From NCBI GenBank assembly GCA_964016885.1, contig OZ024740.1, positions 12,400,001-12,464,000 of the forward strand: DNA of 64,000 nt, given 5' to 3'. The stretch's first letter is position 1; every line of letters begins with the position of its first letter. The translations under genes were made by a program, and so were the position numbers. Source of the stretch: Eledone cirrhosa. Its lineage: Eukaryota. This document shows positions 14,201 to 25,500 of this stretch, piece by piece. The notes beneath the pieces were generated by a model. That model saw only the letters and a program-made list of their open reading frames with translations, was not told the DNA's origin and made no database searches.

Positions 14201-17200
14201 CGTCTCTAGTATAATGTCTTGTCTCTAGTCTTATATCTTGTCTCTAGTCTAATGTCTTGTCTCTAGTCTAATGTCTCTAGTCTAATGTCTTGTCTCTAGT
14301 CTAACGTCTTGCCTCTAGTGTAATGTCTCTAGTGTAATGTCTTGTCTCTAGTCTAATGTCTTGTCTCTAGTCTAACGTCTTGTCTCTAGTCTAATGTCTC
14401 TAGTCTAATATCTTGTCTCTAGTCTAATATCCTGTCTCTAGTCTAACGTCTTGTCTCTAGTCTAACGTCTCTAGTCTAATATCTTGTCTCTAGTCTAATG
14501 TCTCTAGTCTAATATCTTGTCACTAGTCTAATGTCTCTAGTCTAATGTCTTGTCTCAAGTCTAATGTCTTGTCTCTAGTCTAATGTCTCTAGTCTAATGT
14601 CTTGTTTCTAGTCTAATGTCTCTAGTCTAATGTCTTGTCTCTAGTCTAATATCTTGTCTCTAGTCTAATGTCTTGTCTCTAGTCTAATGTCTCTAGTCTA
14701 ATGTCTCTAGTCTAATGTCTTGTCTCTAGTCTAATATCTTGTCTCTAGTCTAATGTCTTGTCTCTAGTCTAATGTCTCTAGTCTAATGTCTTGTTTCTAG
14801 TCTAATGTCTCTAGTCTAATGTCTTGTCTCTAGTCTAATGTCTCTAGTCTAATGTCTTGTCTCTAGTCTAATATCTTGTCTCTAGTCTAATGTCTCTAGT
14901 CTAATGTCTTGTCTCTAGTCTAATATCTTGTCTCTAGTCTAATGTCTCTAGTCTAATGTCTTGTCTCTAGTCTAATGTCTCTAGTCTAATGTCTTGTCTC
15001 TAGTCTAATGTCTCTAGTCTAATGTCTTGTCTCTAGTCTAATATCTTGTCTCTAGTCTAATGTCTCTAGTCTAATGTCTCTAGTCTAATGTCTTGTCTCT
15101 AGTCTAATATCTTGTCTCTAGTCTAATGTCTCTAGTCTAATGTCTTGTCTCTAGTCTAATGTCTCTAGTCTAATGTCTTGTCTCTAGTCTAATGTCTCTA
15201 GTCTAATGTCTTGTCTCTAGTCTAATATCTTGTCTCTAGTCTAATGTCTCTAGTCTAATATCTTGTCTCTAGTCTAATGTCTCTTGTCTAATGTCTTGTC
15301 TCTAGTCTAATGTCTCTTGTCTAATGTCTTGTTTCTAGTCTAATGTCTCTAGTCTAATGTCTCTAGTCTAATGTCTTGTCTCTAGTCTAGTGTCTCTAGT
15401 CTAATGTCTTGTCTCTAGTCTAATGTCTTGTCTCTAGTCTAATATCTTGTCTCTAGTCTAATGTCTTGTCTCTAGTCTAATGTCTCTAGTCTAATGTCTT
15501 GTTTCTAGTCTAATGTCTCTAGTCTAATGTCTTGTCTCTAGTCTAATGTCTTGTCTCTAGTCTAATATCTTGTCTCTAGTCTAATGTCTTGTCTCTAGTC
15601 TAATGTCTCTAGTCTAATGTCTTGTCTCTAGTCTAATGTCTCTAGTCTAATGTCTTGTCTCTAGTCTAATATCTTGTCTCTAGTCTAATGTCTCTAATCT
15701 AATGTCTTGTCTCTAGTCTAATGTCTCTAGTCTAATGTCTTGTCTCTAGTCTAATGTCTTGTCTCTAGTCTAATGTCTCTAGTCTAATATCTTGTCTCTA
15801 GTCTAATGTCTCTAGTCTAATGTCTAGTCTCTAGTCTAATGTCTCTAGTCTAACGTCTTGTCTCTAGTCTAATATCTCGTCTCTAGTCTAATGTCTCTAG
15901 TCTAATGTCTTGTCTCTAGTCTAATATCTTGTCTCTAGTCTAATGTCTCTAGTCTAATGTGTTGTCTCTAGTCTAATATCTCATCTCTAGTCTAATGTCT
16001 CTAGTCTAATGTCTTGTCTCTAGTCTAATGTCTTGTCTCTAGTCTAATGTCTCTAGTCTAATGTCTCTATTGTAATGTCTTGTCTCTAGTCTAATATCTT
16101 TTCTCTAGTCAAATGTCTTGTCTCTAGTCTAATGTCTCTAGTCTAATGTCTTGTTTCTAGTCTAACGTCTCTAGTATAATGTCTTGTCTCTAGTCTTATA
16201 TCTTGTCTCTAGTCTAATGTCTTGTCTCTAGTCTAATGTCTCCAGTCTAATGTCTTGTCTCTAGTCTAACGTCTTGCCTCTAGTGTAATGTCTCTAGTGT
16301 AAAGTCTTGTCTCTAGTCTAATGTCTTGTCTCTAGTCTAACGTCTTGTCTCTAGTCTAATGTCTCTAGTCTAATATCTTGTCTCTAGTCTAATGTCTCTA
16401 GTCTAATATCTTGTCTCTAGTCTAACGTCTTGTCTCTAGTCTAACGTCTCTAGTCTAATATCTTGTCTCTAGTCTAATGTCTCTAGTCTAATATCTTGTC
16501 ACTAGTCTAATGTCTCTAGTCTAATGTCTTGTCTCTAGTCTAATGTCTTGTCTCTAGTCTAATGTCTCTAGTCTAATGTCTTGTTTCTAGTCTAATGTCT
16601 CTAGTCTAATGTCTTGTCTCTAGTCTAATATCTTGTCTCTAGTCTAATGTCTTGTCTCTAGTCTAATGTCTCTAGTCTAATGTCTCTAGTCTAATGTCTT
16701 GTCTCTAGTCTAATATCTTGTCTCTAGTCTAATGTCTTGTCTCTAGTCTAATGTCTCTAGTCTAATGTCTTGTTTCTAGTCTAATGTCTCTAGTCTAATG
16801 TCTTGTCTCTAGTCTAATATCTTGTCTCTAGTCTAATGTCTCTAGTCTAATGTCTTGTCTCTAGTCTAATGTCTCTAGTCTAATGTCTTGTCTCTAGTCT
16901 AATATCTTGTCTCTAGTCTAATGTCTCTAGTCTAATGTCTTGTCTCTAGTCTAATATCTTGTCTCTAGTCTAATGTCTCTAGTCTAATGTCTTGTCTCTA
17001 GTCTAATGTCTCTAGTCTAATGTCTTGTCTCTAGTCTAATGTCTCTAGTCTAATGTCTTGTCTCTAGTCTAATATCTTGTCTCTAGTCTAATGTCTCTAG
17101 TCTAATGTCTCTAGTCTAATGTCTTGTCTCTAGTCTAATATCTTGTCTCTAGTCTAATGTCTCTAGTCTAATGTCTTGTCTCTAGTCTAATGTCTCTAGT

Positions 17201-19800
17201 CTAATGTCTTGTCTCTAGTCTAATGTCTCTAGTCTAATGTCTTGTCTCTAGTCTAATATCTTGTCTCTAGTCTAATGTCTCTAGTCTAATATCTTGTCTC
17301 TAGTCTAATGTCTCTAGTCTAATGTCTTGTCTCTAGTCTAATGTCTTGTCTCTAGTCTAATGTCTCTAGTCTAATATCTTGTCTCTAGTCTAATGTCTCT
17401 TGTCTAATGTCTTGTCTCTAGTCTAATGTCTCTTGTCTAATGTCTTGTCTCTAGTCTAATGTCTCTAGTCTAATATCTTGTCTCTAGTCTAATGTCTCTT
17501 GTCTAATGTCTTGTCTCTAGTCTAATGTCTCTAGTCTAATGTCTTGTCTCTAGTCTAATGTCTCTAGTCTAATATCTTGTCTCTATTCTAATTTCTCTAG
17601 TCTAATGTCTTGTCTCTAGTCTAATATCTTGTCTCTAGTCTAATGACACTAGTCTAATGTCTTGTCTCTAGTCTAATGTCTCTAGTCTAATGTCTTGTCT
17701 CTAGTCTAATGTCTTGTCTCTAGTCTAATATCTTGTCTCTAGTCTTATGTCTTGTCTCTAGTCTAATGTCTCTAGTCTAATGTCTCTAGTCTAATGTCTT
17801 GTCTCTAGTCTAATATCTTGTCTCTAGTCTAATGTCTCTAGTCTAATGTCTTGTCTCTAGTCTAATATCTTGTCTCTAGTCTAATGTCGCTAGTCTAATG
17901 TCCTGTCTCTAGTCTAATATCTTGTCTCTAGTCTAATGACTCTAGTCTAATGTCTTGTGTCTAGTCTAATATCTTGTCTCTAGTCTAATGTCTCTAGTCT
18001 AATGTCTTGTCTCTAGTCTAACGTCTTGTCTCTAGTCTAATGTCTCTAGTCTAATGTCTTGTCTCTAGTCTAGTGTCTCTAGTCTAATGTCTTGTCTCTA
18101 GTCTAATATCTTGTCTCTAGTCTAATGTCTTGTCTCTAGTCTAATATCTTGTCTCTAGTCTAATGTCTCTAATCTAATGACTTGTCTCTAGTCTAATGTC
18201 TCTAGTCTAATGTCTTGTCTCTAGTCTAATGTCTTGTCTCTAGTCTAATATCTCTAGTCTAATATCTTGTCTCTAGTCTAATGTCTCTAGTCTAATGTCT
18301 AGTCTCTAGTCTAATGTCTCTAGTCTAACGTCTTGTCTCTAGTCTAATATCTCGTCTCTAGTCTAATGTCTCTAGTCTAATGTCTTGTCTCTAGTCTAAT
18401 ATCTTGTCTCTAGTCTAAAGTCTCTAGTCTAATGTGTTGTCTCTAGTCTAATATCTCATCTCTAGTCTAATGTCTCTAGTCTAATGTCTTGTCTCTAGTC
18501 TAATGTCTTGTCTCTAGTCTAATGTCTCTAGTCTAATGTCTCTAGTGTAATGTCTTGTCTCTAATCTAATATCTTGTCTCTAGTCAAATGTCTTGTCTCT
18601 AGTCTAATGTCTCTAGTCTAATGTCTTGTTTCTAGTCTAACGTCTCTAGTATAATGTCTTGTCTCTAGTCTTATATCTTGTCTCTAGTCTAATGTCTTGT
18701 CTCTAGTCTAATGTCTCTAGTCTAATGTCTTGTCTCTAGTCTAACGTCTTGCCTCTAGTGTAATGTCTCTAGTGTAATGTCTTGTCTCTAGTCTAATGTC
18801 TTGTCTCTAGTCTAACGTCTTGTCTCTAGTCTAATGTCTCTAGTCTAATATCTTGTCTCTAGTCTAATATCTTGTCTCTAGTCTAACGTCTTGTCTCTAG
18901 TCTAACGTCTCTAGTCTAATATCTTGTCTCTAGTCTAATGTCTCTAGTCTAATATCTTGTCACTAGTCTAATGTCTCTAGTCTAATGTCTTGTCTCAAGT
19001 CTAATGTCTTGTCTCTAGTCTAATGTCTCTAGTCTAATGTCTTGTTTCTAGTCTAATGTCTCTAGTCTAATGTCTTTTCTCTAGTCTAATATCTTGTCTC
19101 TAGTCTAATGTCTTGTCTCTAGTCTAATGTCTCTAGTCTAATGTCTCTAGTCTAATGTCTTGTCTCTAGTCTAATATCTTGTCTCTAGTCTAATGTCTTG
19201 TCTCTAGTCTAATGTCTCTAGTCTAATGTCTTGTTTCTAGTCTAATGTCTCTAGTCTAATGTCTTGTCTCTAGTCTAATGTCTCTAGTCTAATGTCTTGT
19301 CTCTAGTCTAATATCTTGTCTCTAGTCTAATGTCTCTAGTCTAATGTCTTGTCTCTAGTCTAATATCTTGTCTCTAGTCTAATGTCTCTAGTCTAATGTC
19401 TTGTCTCTAGTCTAATGTCTCTAGTCTAATGTCTTGTCTCTAGTCTAATGTCTCTAGTCTAATGTCTTGTCTCTAGTCTAATATCTTGTCTCTAGTCTAA
19501 TGTCTCTAGTCTAATGTCTCTAGTCTAATGTCTTGTCTCTAGTCTAATATCTTGTCTCTAGTCTAATGTCTCTAGTCTAATGTCTTGTCTCTAGTCTAAT
19601 GTCTCTAGTCTAATGTCTTGTCTCTAGTCTAATGTCTCTAGTCTAATGTCTTGTCTCTAGTCTAATATCTTGTCTCTAGTCTAATGTCTCTAGTCTAATA
19701 TCTTGTCTCTAGTCTAATGTCTCTTGTCTAATGTCTTGTCTCTAGTCTAATGTCTCTTGTCTAATGTCTTGTTTCTAGTCTAATGTCTCTAGTCTAATAT
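11070..19800 (+). repeat. ~4.3-4.4-kb tandem duplication (copy 1 ~11.07-15.36 kb, copy 2 ~15.36-19.80 kb)
   Basis: The offset is 4256 in the first part (gtgttg 11703/15959, ctattgtaat 11811/16067). It is 4440 in the second part, where lines 12721-15301 are nearly identical to lines 17161-19741 (e.g. ctctattctaatttctc at 13141/17581). Confidence 0.92.
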
Positions 19801-22599
19801 CTTGTCTCTAGTCTAATGTCTCTTGTCTAATGTCTTGTCTCTAGTCTAATGTCTCTAGTCTAATGTCTTGTCTCTAGTCTAATGTCTCTAGTCTAATATC
19901 TTGTCTCTATTCTAATTTCTCTAGTCTAATGTCTTGTCTCTAGTCTAATATCTTGTCTCTAGTCTAATGACACTAGTCTAATGTCTTGTCTCTAGTCTAA
20001 TGTCTCTAGTCTAATGTCTTGTCTCTAGTCTAATGTCTTGTCTCTAGTCTAATATCTTGTCTCTAGTCTAATGTCTTGTCTCTAGTCTAATGTCTCTAGT
20101 CTAATGTCTCTAGTCTAATGTCTTGTCTCTAGTCTAATATCTTGTCTCTAGTCTAATGTCTCTAATCTAATGTCTTGTCTCTAGTCTAATGTCTCTAGTC
20201 TAATGTCTTGTCTCTAGTCTAATGTCTCTAGTCTAATGTCTAGTCTCTAGTCTAATGTCTCTAGTCTAACGACTTGTCTCTAGTCTAATATCTCGTCTCT
20301 AGTCTAATGTCTCTAGTCTAATGTCTTGTCTCTAGTCTAATATCTTGTCTCTAGACTAATGTCTCTAGTCTAATGTCTTGTCTCTAGTCTAATATCTTGT
20401 CTCTAGTCTAATGTCTCTAGTCTAATGTCTTGTCTCTAGTCTAACGTCTTGTCTCTAGTCTAATGTCTCTAGTCTAATGTCTCTAGTGTAATGTCTTGTC
20501 TCTAGTCTAATGTCTTGTCTCAAATCTAATGTCTTGTCTCTAGTCTAATGTCTCTAGTCTAATGTCTTGTCTCTAGTCTAATATCTTGTCTCTAGTCTAA
20601 TGTCTTGTCTCTAGTCTAATGTCTCTAGTCTAATGTCTTGTTTCTAGTCTAATGTCTCTAGTCCAATGTCTTGTCTCTAGTCTAATATCTTGTCTCTAGT
20701 CTAATGTCTTGTCTCTAGTCTAATGTCTCTAGTCTAATGTCTTGTCTCTAGTCTAACGTCTTGTCTCTAGTCTAATGTCTCTAGTGTAATGTCTTGTCTC
20801 TAGTCTAATGTCTTGTCTCTAGTCTAACGTCTTGTCTCTAGTCTAATGTCTCTAGTCTAATATCTTGTCTCTAGTCTAATGTCTCTAGTCTAATATCGTG
20901 TCACTAGTCTAATGTCTCTAGTCTAATATCTTGTCTCTAGTCTAACGTCTTGTCTCTAGTCTAATGTCTCTAGTCTAATATCTTGTCTCTAGTCTAATGT
21001 CTCTAGTCTAATATCTTGTCACTAGTCTAATGTCTCTAGTCTAATGTCTTGTCTCTATTCTAATGTCTTGTCTCTAGTCTAATGTCTTGTTTCTAGTCTA
21101 ATGTCTCTAGTCTAATGTCTTGTCTCTAGTCAAATATCTTGTCTCTAGTCTAATGTCTTGTCTCTAGTCTAATGTCTCTAGTCTATTGTCTTGTCTCTAG
21201 TCTAATATCTTGTCTCTAGTCTAATGTCTTTTCTCTAGTCTAATGTCTCTAGTCTAATGTCTTGTTTCTAGTCTAATGTCTCCAGTCTAATGTCTTGTCT
21301 CTAGTCTAATATCTTGTCTCTAGTCTAATGTCTCTAGTCTAATGTCTTGTCTCTAGTCTAATGTCTCTAGTCTAATGTCTTGTCTCTAGTCTAATATCTT
21401 GTCTCTAGTCTAATGTCTCTAGTCTAATGTCTTGTCTCTAGTCTAATATCTTGTGTCTAGTCTAATGTCTTGTCTCTAGTCTAATGTCTCTAGTCTAATG
21501 TCTTGTTTCTAGTCTAATGTCTCTAGTCTAATGTCTTGTCTCTAGTCTACTATCTTGTCTCTAGTCTAATGTCTCTAGTCTAATGTCTCTAGTCTAATGT
21601 CTGTCTCTAGTCTAATATCTTGTCTCTAGTCTAATGTCTCTTGTCTAATGTCTTGTCTCTAGTCTAATGTCTCTAGTCTAATGTCTCTAGTCTAATGTCT
21701 TGTCTCTAGTCTAATGTCTTGTCTCTAGTCTAATGTCTCTAGTCTAATGTCTTGTCTCTATTCTAATATCTTGTCTCTAGTCTAATGTCTCTAGTCTAAT
21801 GTCTTGTCTCTAGTCTAATGTCTCTAGTCTAACGTCTTGTCTCTAGTCTAATATCTCGTCTCTAGTCTAATGTCTCTAGTCTAATGTCTTGTCTCTAGTC
21901 TAATATCTTGTCTCTAGTCTAATGTCTCTAGTCTATTGTCTAGTCTCTAGTTAAATATCTTGTCTCTAGTCTAATGTCTCTAGTCTAATGTCTTGTCTCT
22001 AGTCTAATGTCTTGTCTCTAGTCTAATGTCTCTAGTCTAATGTCTTGTCTCTAGTCTAACGTCTTGTCTCTAGTCTAATGTCTCTAGTGTAATGTCTTGT
22101 CTCTAGTCTAATGTCTTGTCTCTAATCTAATGTCTTGTCTCTAGTCTAATGTCTCTAGTCTAATGTCTTGTCTCTAGTCTAATATCTTGTCTCTAGTCTA
22201 ATGTCTTGTCTCTAGTCTAATGTCTCTAGTCTAATGTCTTGTTTCTAGTCTAATGTCTCTAGTCTAATGTCTTGTCTCTAGTCTAATATCTTGTCTCTAG
22301 TCTAATGTCTTGTCTCTAGTCTAATGTCTCTAGTCTAATGTCTTGTCTCTAGTCTAACGTCTTGTCTCTAGTCTAATGTCTCTAGTGTAATGTATTGTCT
22401 CTAGTCTAATGTCTTGTCTCTAGTCTAACGTCTTGTCTCTAGTCTAATGTCTCTAGTCTAATATCTCGTCTCTAGTCTAATGTCTCTAGTCTAATATCGT
22501 GTCACTAGTCTAATATCTTGTCTCTAGTCTAACGTCTTGTCTCTAGTCTAATGTCTCTAGTCTAATATCCTGTCTCTAGTCTAATGTCTCTAGTCTAAT

Positions 22600-25500
22600 A
22601 TCTTGTCACTAGTCTAATGTCTCTAGTCTAATGTCTTGTCTCTAGTCTAATGTCTCTAGTCTAATGTCTTGTCTCTAGTCTAATATCTTGTCTCTAGTCT
22701 AATGTCTTGTCTCTAGTCTAATGTCTCTAGTCTAATGTCTTGTTTCTAGTCTAATGTCTCTAGTCTAATGTCTTGTCTCTAGTCTAATATCTTGTCTCTA
22801 GTCTAATGTCTTGTCTCTAGTCTAATGTCTCTAGTCTAATGTCTTGTCTCTAGTCTAATATCTTGTCTCTAGTCTAATGTATCTAGTCTAATGTCTTGTC
22901 TCTAGTCTAATATCTTGTCTCTAGTCTAATGTCTCTAGTCTAATGTCTTGTCTCTAGTCTAATATCTTGTCTCTAGTGTAATGTCTCTAGTCTAATGTCT
23001 TGTTTCTAGTCTAATGTCTCTAGTCTAATGTCTTGTCTCTAGTCTAATATCTTGTCTCTAGTCTAATGTATCTAGTCTAATGTCTTGTCTCTAGTCTAAT
23101 ATCTTGTCTCTAGTCTAATGTCTCTAGTCTAATGTCTTGTCTCTAGTCTAATGTCTCTAGTCTAATGTCTTGTCTCTAGTCTAATATCTTGTCCCTAGTC
23201 TAATGTCTCTAGTCTAATGTCTCTAGTCTAATGTCTTGTCTCTAGTCTAATATCTTGTCTCTAGTCTAATGTCTCTAGTCTAATGTCTTGTCTCTAGTCT
23301 AATGTCTCTAGTCTAATGTCTTGTCTCTAGTCTAATGTCTCTAGTCTAATATCTTGTCACTAGTCTAATGTCTCTAGTCTAATGTCTTGTCTCTATTCTA
23401 ATGTCTTGTCTCTAGTCTAATGTCTCTAGTCTAATATCTTGTCTCTAGTCTAATGTGTTGTCTCTAGTCTAATGTCTCTAGTCTAATGTCTTGTTTCTAG
23501 TCTAATGTCTCTAGTCTAATGTCTTGTCTCTAGTCTAATATCTTGTCTCTAGTCTAATGTCTTGTCTCTAGTCTAATGTCTCTAGTCTAATGTCTTGTCT
23601 CTAGTCTAATATCTTGTCTCTAGTCTAATGTCTTGTCTCTAGTCTAATATCTTGTCTCTAGACTAATGTCTTGTCTCTAGTCTAATGTCTTGTCTCTAGT
23701 CTAATATCTTGTCTCTAGTGTAATATATTGTCTCTAGTCTAATGTCTCTAGTCTAATGTCTTGTCTCTAGTCTAATGTCTTGTCTCTAGTCTAATATCTT
23801 GTCTCTAGTCTAATGTCTCTAGTCTAATGTCTTGTCTCTAGTCTAATATCTTGTCTCTAGTCTAATGTCTTGTCTCTAGTCTAATGTCTCTAGTCTAATG
23901 TCTTGTCTCTAGTCTAATGTCTATAGTCTAATGTCTTGTCTCTAGTCTAATGACTTGTCTCTAGTCTAATATCTTGTCTCTAGTCTAATGTCTTGTCTCT
24001 AGTCTAATGTCTCTAGTCTAATGTCTTGTCTCTAGTCTAATATCTTGTCTCTAGTCTAATGTATCTAGTCTAATGTCTTGTCTCTAGTCTAATATCTTGT
24101 CTCTAGTCTAATGTCTCTAGTCTAATGTCTTGTCTCTAGTCTAATATCTTGTCTCTCGTGTAATGTCTCTAGTCTAATGTCTTGTTTCTAGTCTAATGTC
24201 TCTAGTCTAATGTCTTGTCTCTAGTCTAATATCTTGTCTCTAGTCTAATGTATCTAGTCTAATGTCTTGTCTCTAGTCTAATATCTTGTCTCTAGTCTAA
24301 TGTCTCTAGTCTAATGTCTTGTCTCTAGTCTAATGTCTCTAGTCTAATGTCTTGTCTCTAGTCTAATATCTTGTCCCTAGTCTAATGTCTCTAGTCTAAT
24401 GTCTCTAGTCTAATGTCTTGTCTCTAGTCTAATATCTTGTCTCTAGTCTAATGTCTTGTCTCTAGTCTACTGTCTCTAGTCTAATGTCTTGTCTCTAGTC
24501 TAATGTCTCTAGTCTAATATCTTGTCACTAGTCTAATGTCTCTAGTCTAATGTCTTGTCTCTATTCTAATGTCTTGTCTCTAGTCTAATGTCTCTAGTCT
24601 AATATCTTGTCTCTAGTCTAATGTGTTGTCTCTAGTCTAATGTCTCTAGTCTAATGTCTTGTTTCTAGTCTAATGTCTCTAGTCTAATGTCTTGTCTCTA
24701 GTCTAATATCTTGTCTCTAGTCTAATGTCTTGTCTCTAGTCTAATGTCTCTAGTCTAATGTCTTGTCTCTAGTCTAATATCTTGTCTCTAGTCTAATGTC
24801 TTGTCTCTAGTCTAATATCTTGTCTCTAGTCTAATGTCTTGTCTCTAGTCTAATGTTTTGTCTCTAGTCTAATATCTTGTCTCTAGTGTAATATATTGTC
24901 TCTAGTCTAATGTCTCTAGTCTAATGTCTTGTCTCTAGTCTAATGTCTTGTCTCTAGTCTAATATCTTGTCTCTAGTCTAATGTCTCTAGTCTAATGTCT
25001 TGTCTCTAGTCTAATATCTTGTCTCTAGTCTAATGTCTTGTCTCTAGTCTAATGTCTCTAGTCTAATGTCTTGTCTCTAGTCTAATGACTTGTCTCTAGT
25101 CTAATATATTGTCTCTAGTCTAATGTCTTGTCTCTAGTCTAATGTCTCTAGTCTAATGTCTGGTCTCTAGTCTAATATCTTGTCTCTAGTCTAATGAATT
25201 GTATCTAGTCTAATGTCTCTAGTCTAATGTCTTGTCTCTAGTCTAATGTCTGGTCTCTAGTCTAATGTCTCTAGTCTAATGTTTCTAGTCTAATGTCTTG
25301 TTTCTAGTCTAATGTCTCTAGTCTAATGTCTTGTCTCTAGTCTAATATCTTGTCTCTAGTCTAATGTCTTGTCTCTAGTCTAATGTCTCTAGTGTAATGT
25401 CTTGTCTCTAGTCTAATGTCTTGTCTCTAGTCTAATGTCTTGTCTCTAGTCTAATGTCTCTAGTCTAATGTCTTGTCTCTAGTCTAATATCTTGTCTCTA

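Larger units (their letters stand above)
1700..20000 (+). repeat. Left domain: irregular ~2-kb higher-order repeat (HOR)
   Basis: The diagnostic variant string gtttctagtct(a/g)acgtctcTAGTATAATG recurs with its TAGTATAATG at ~2146, 3520, 5561, 7985, 9908, 11916, 14207, 16172 and 18647 (spacings 1374, 2041, 2424, 1923, 2008, 2291, 1965, 2475). I did not see it further right. Confidence 0.85.

Noticed and set aside
2146-18660. TATAAT hexamers resembling bacterial -10 boxes
   Set aside because: They are single substitutions of the consensus TCTAAT, with no -35 element or downstream gene.
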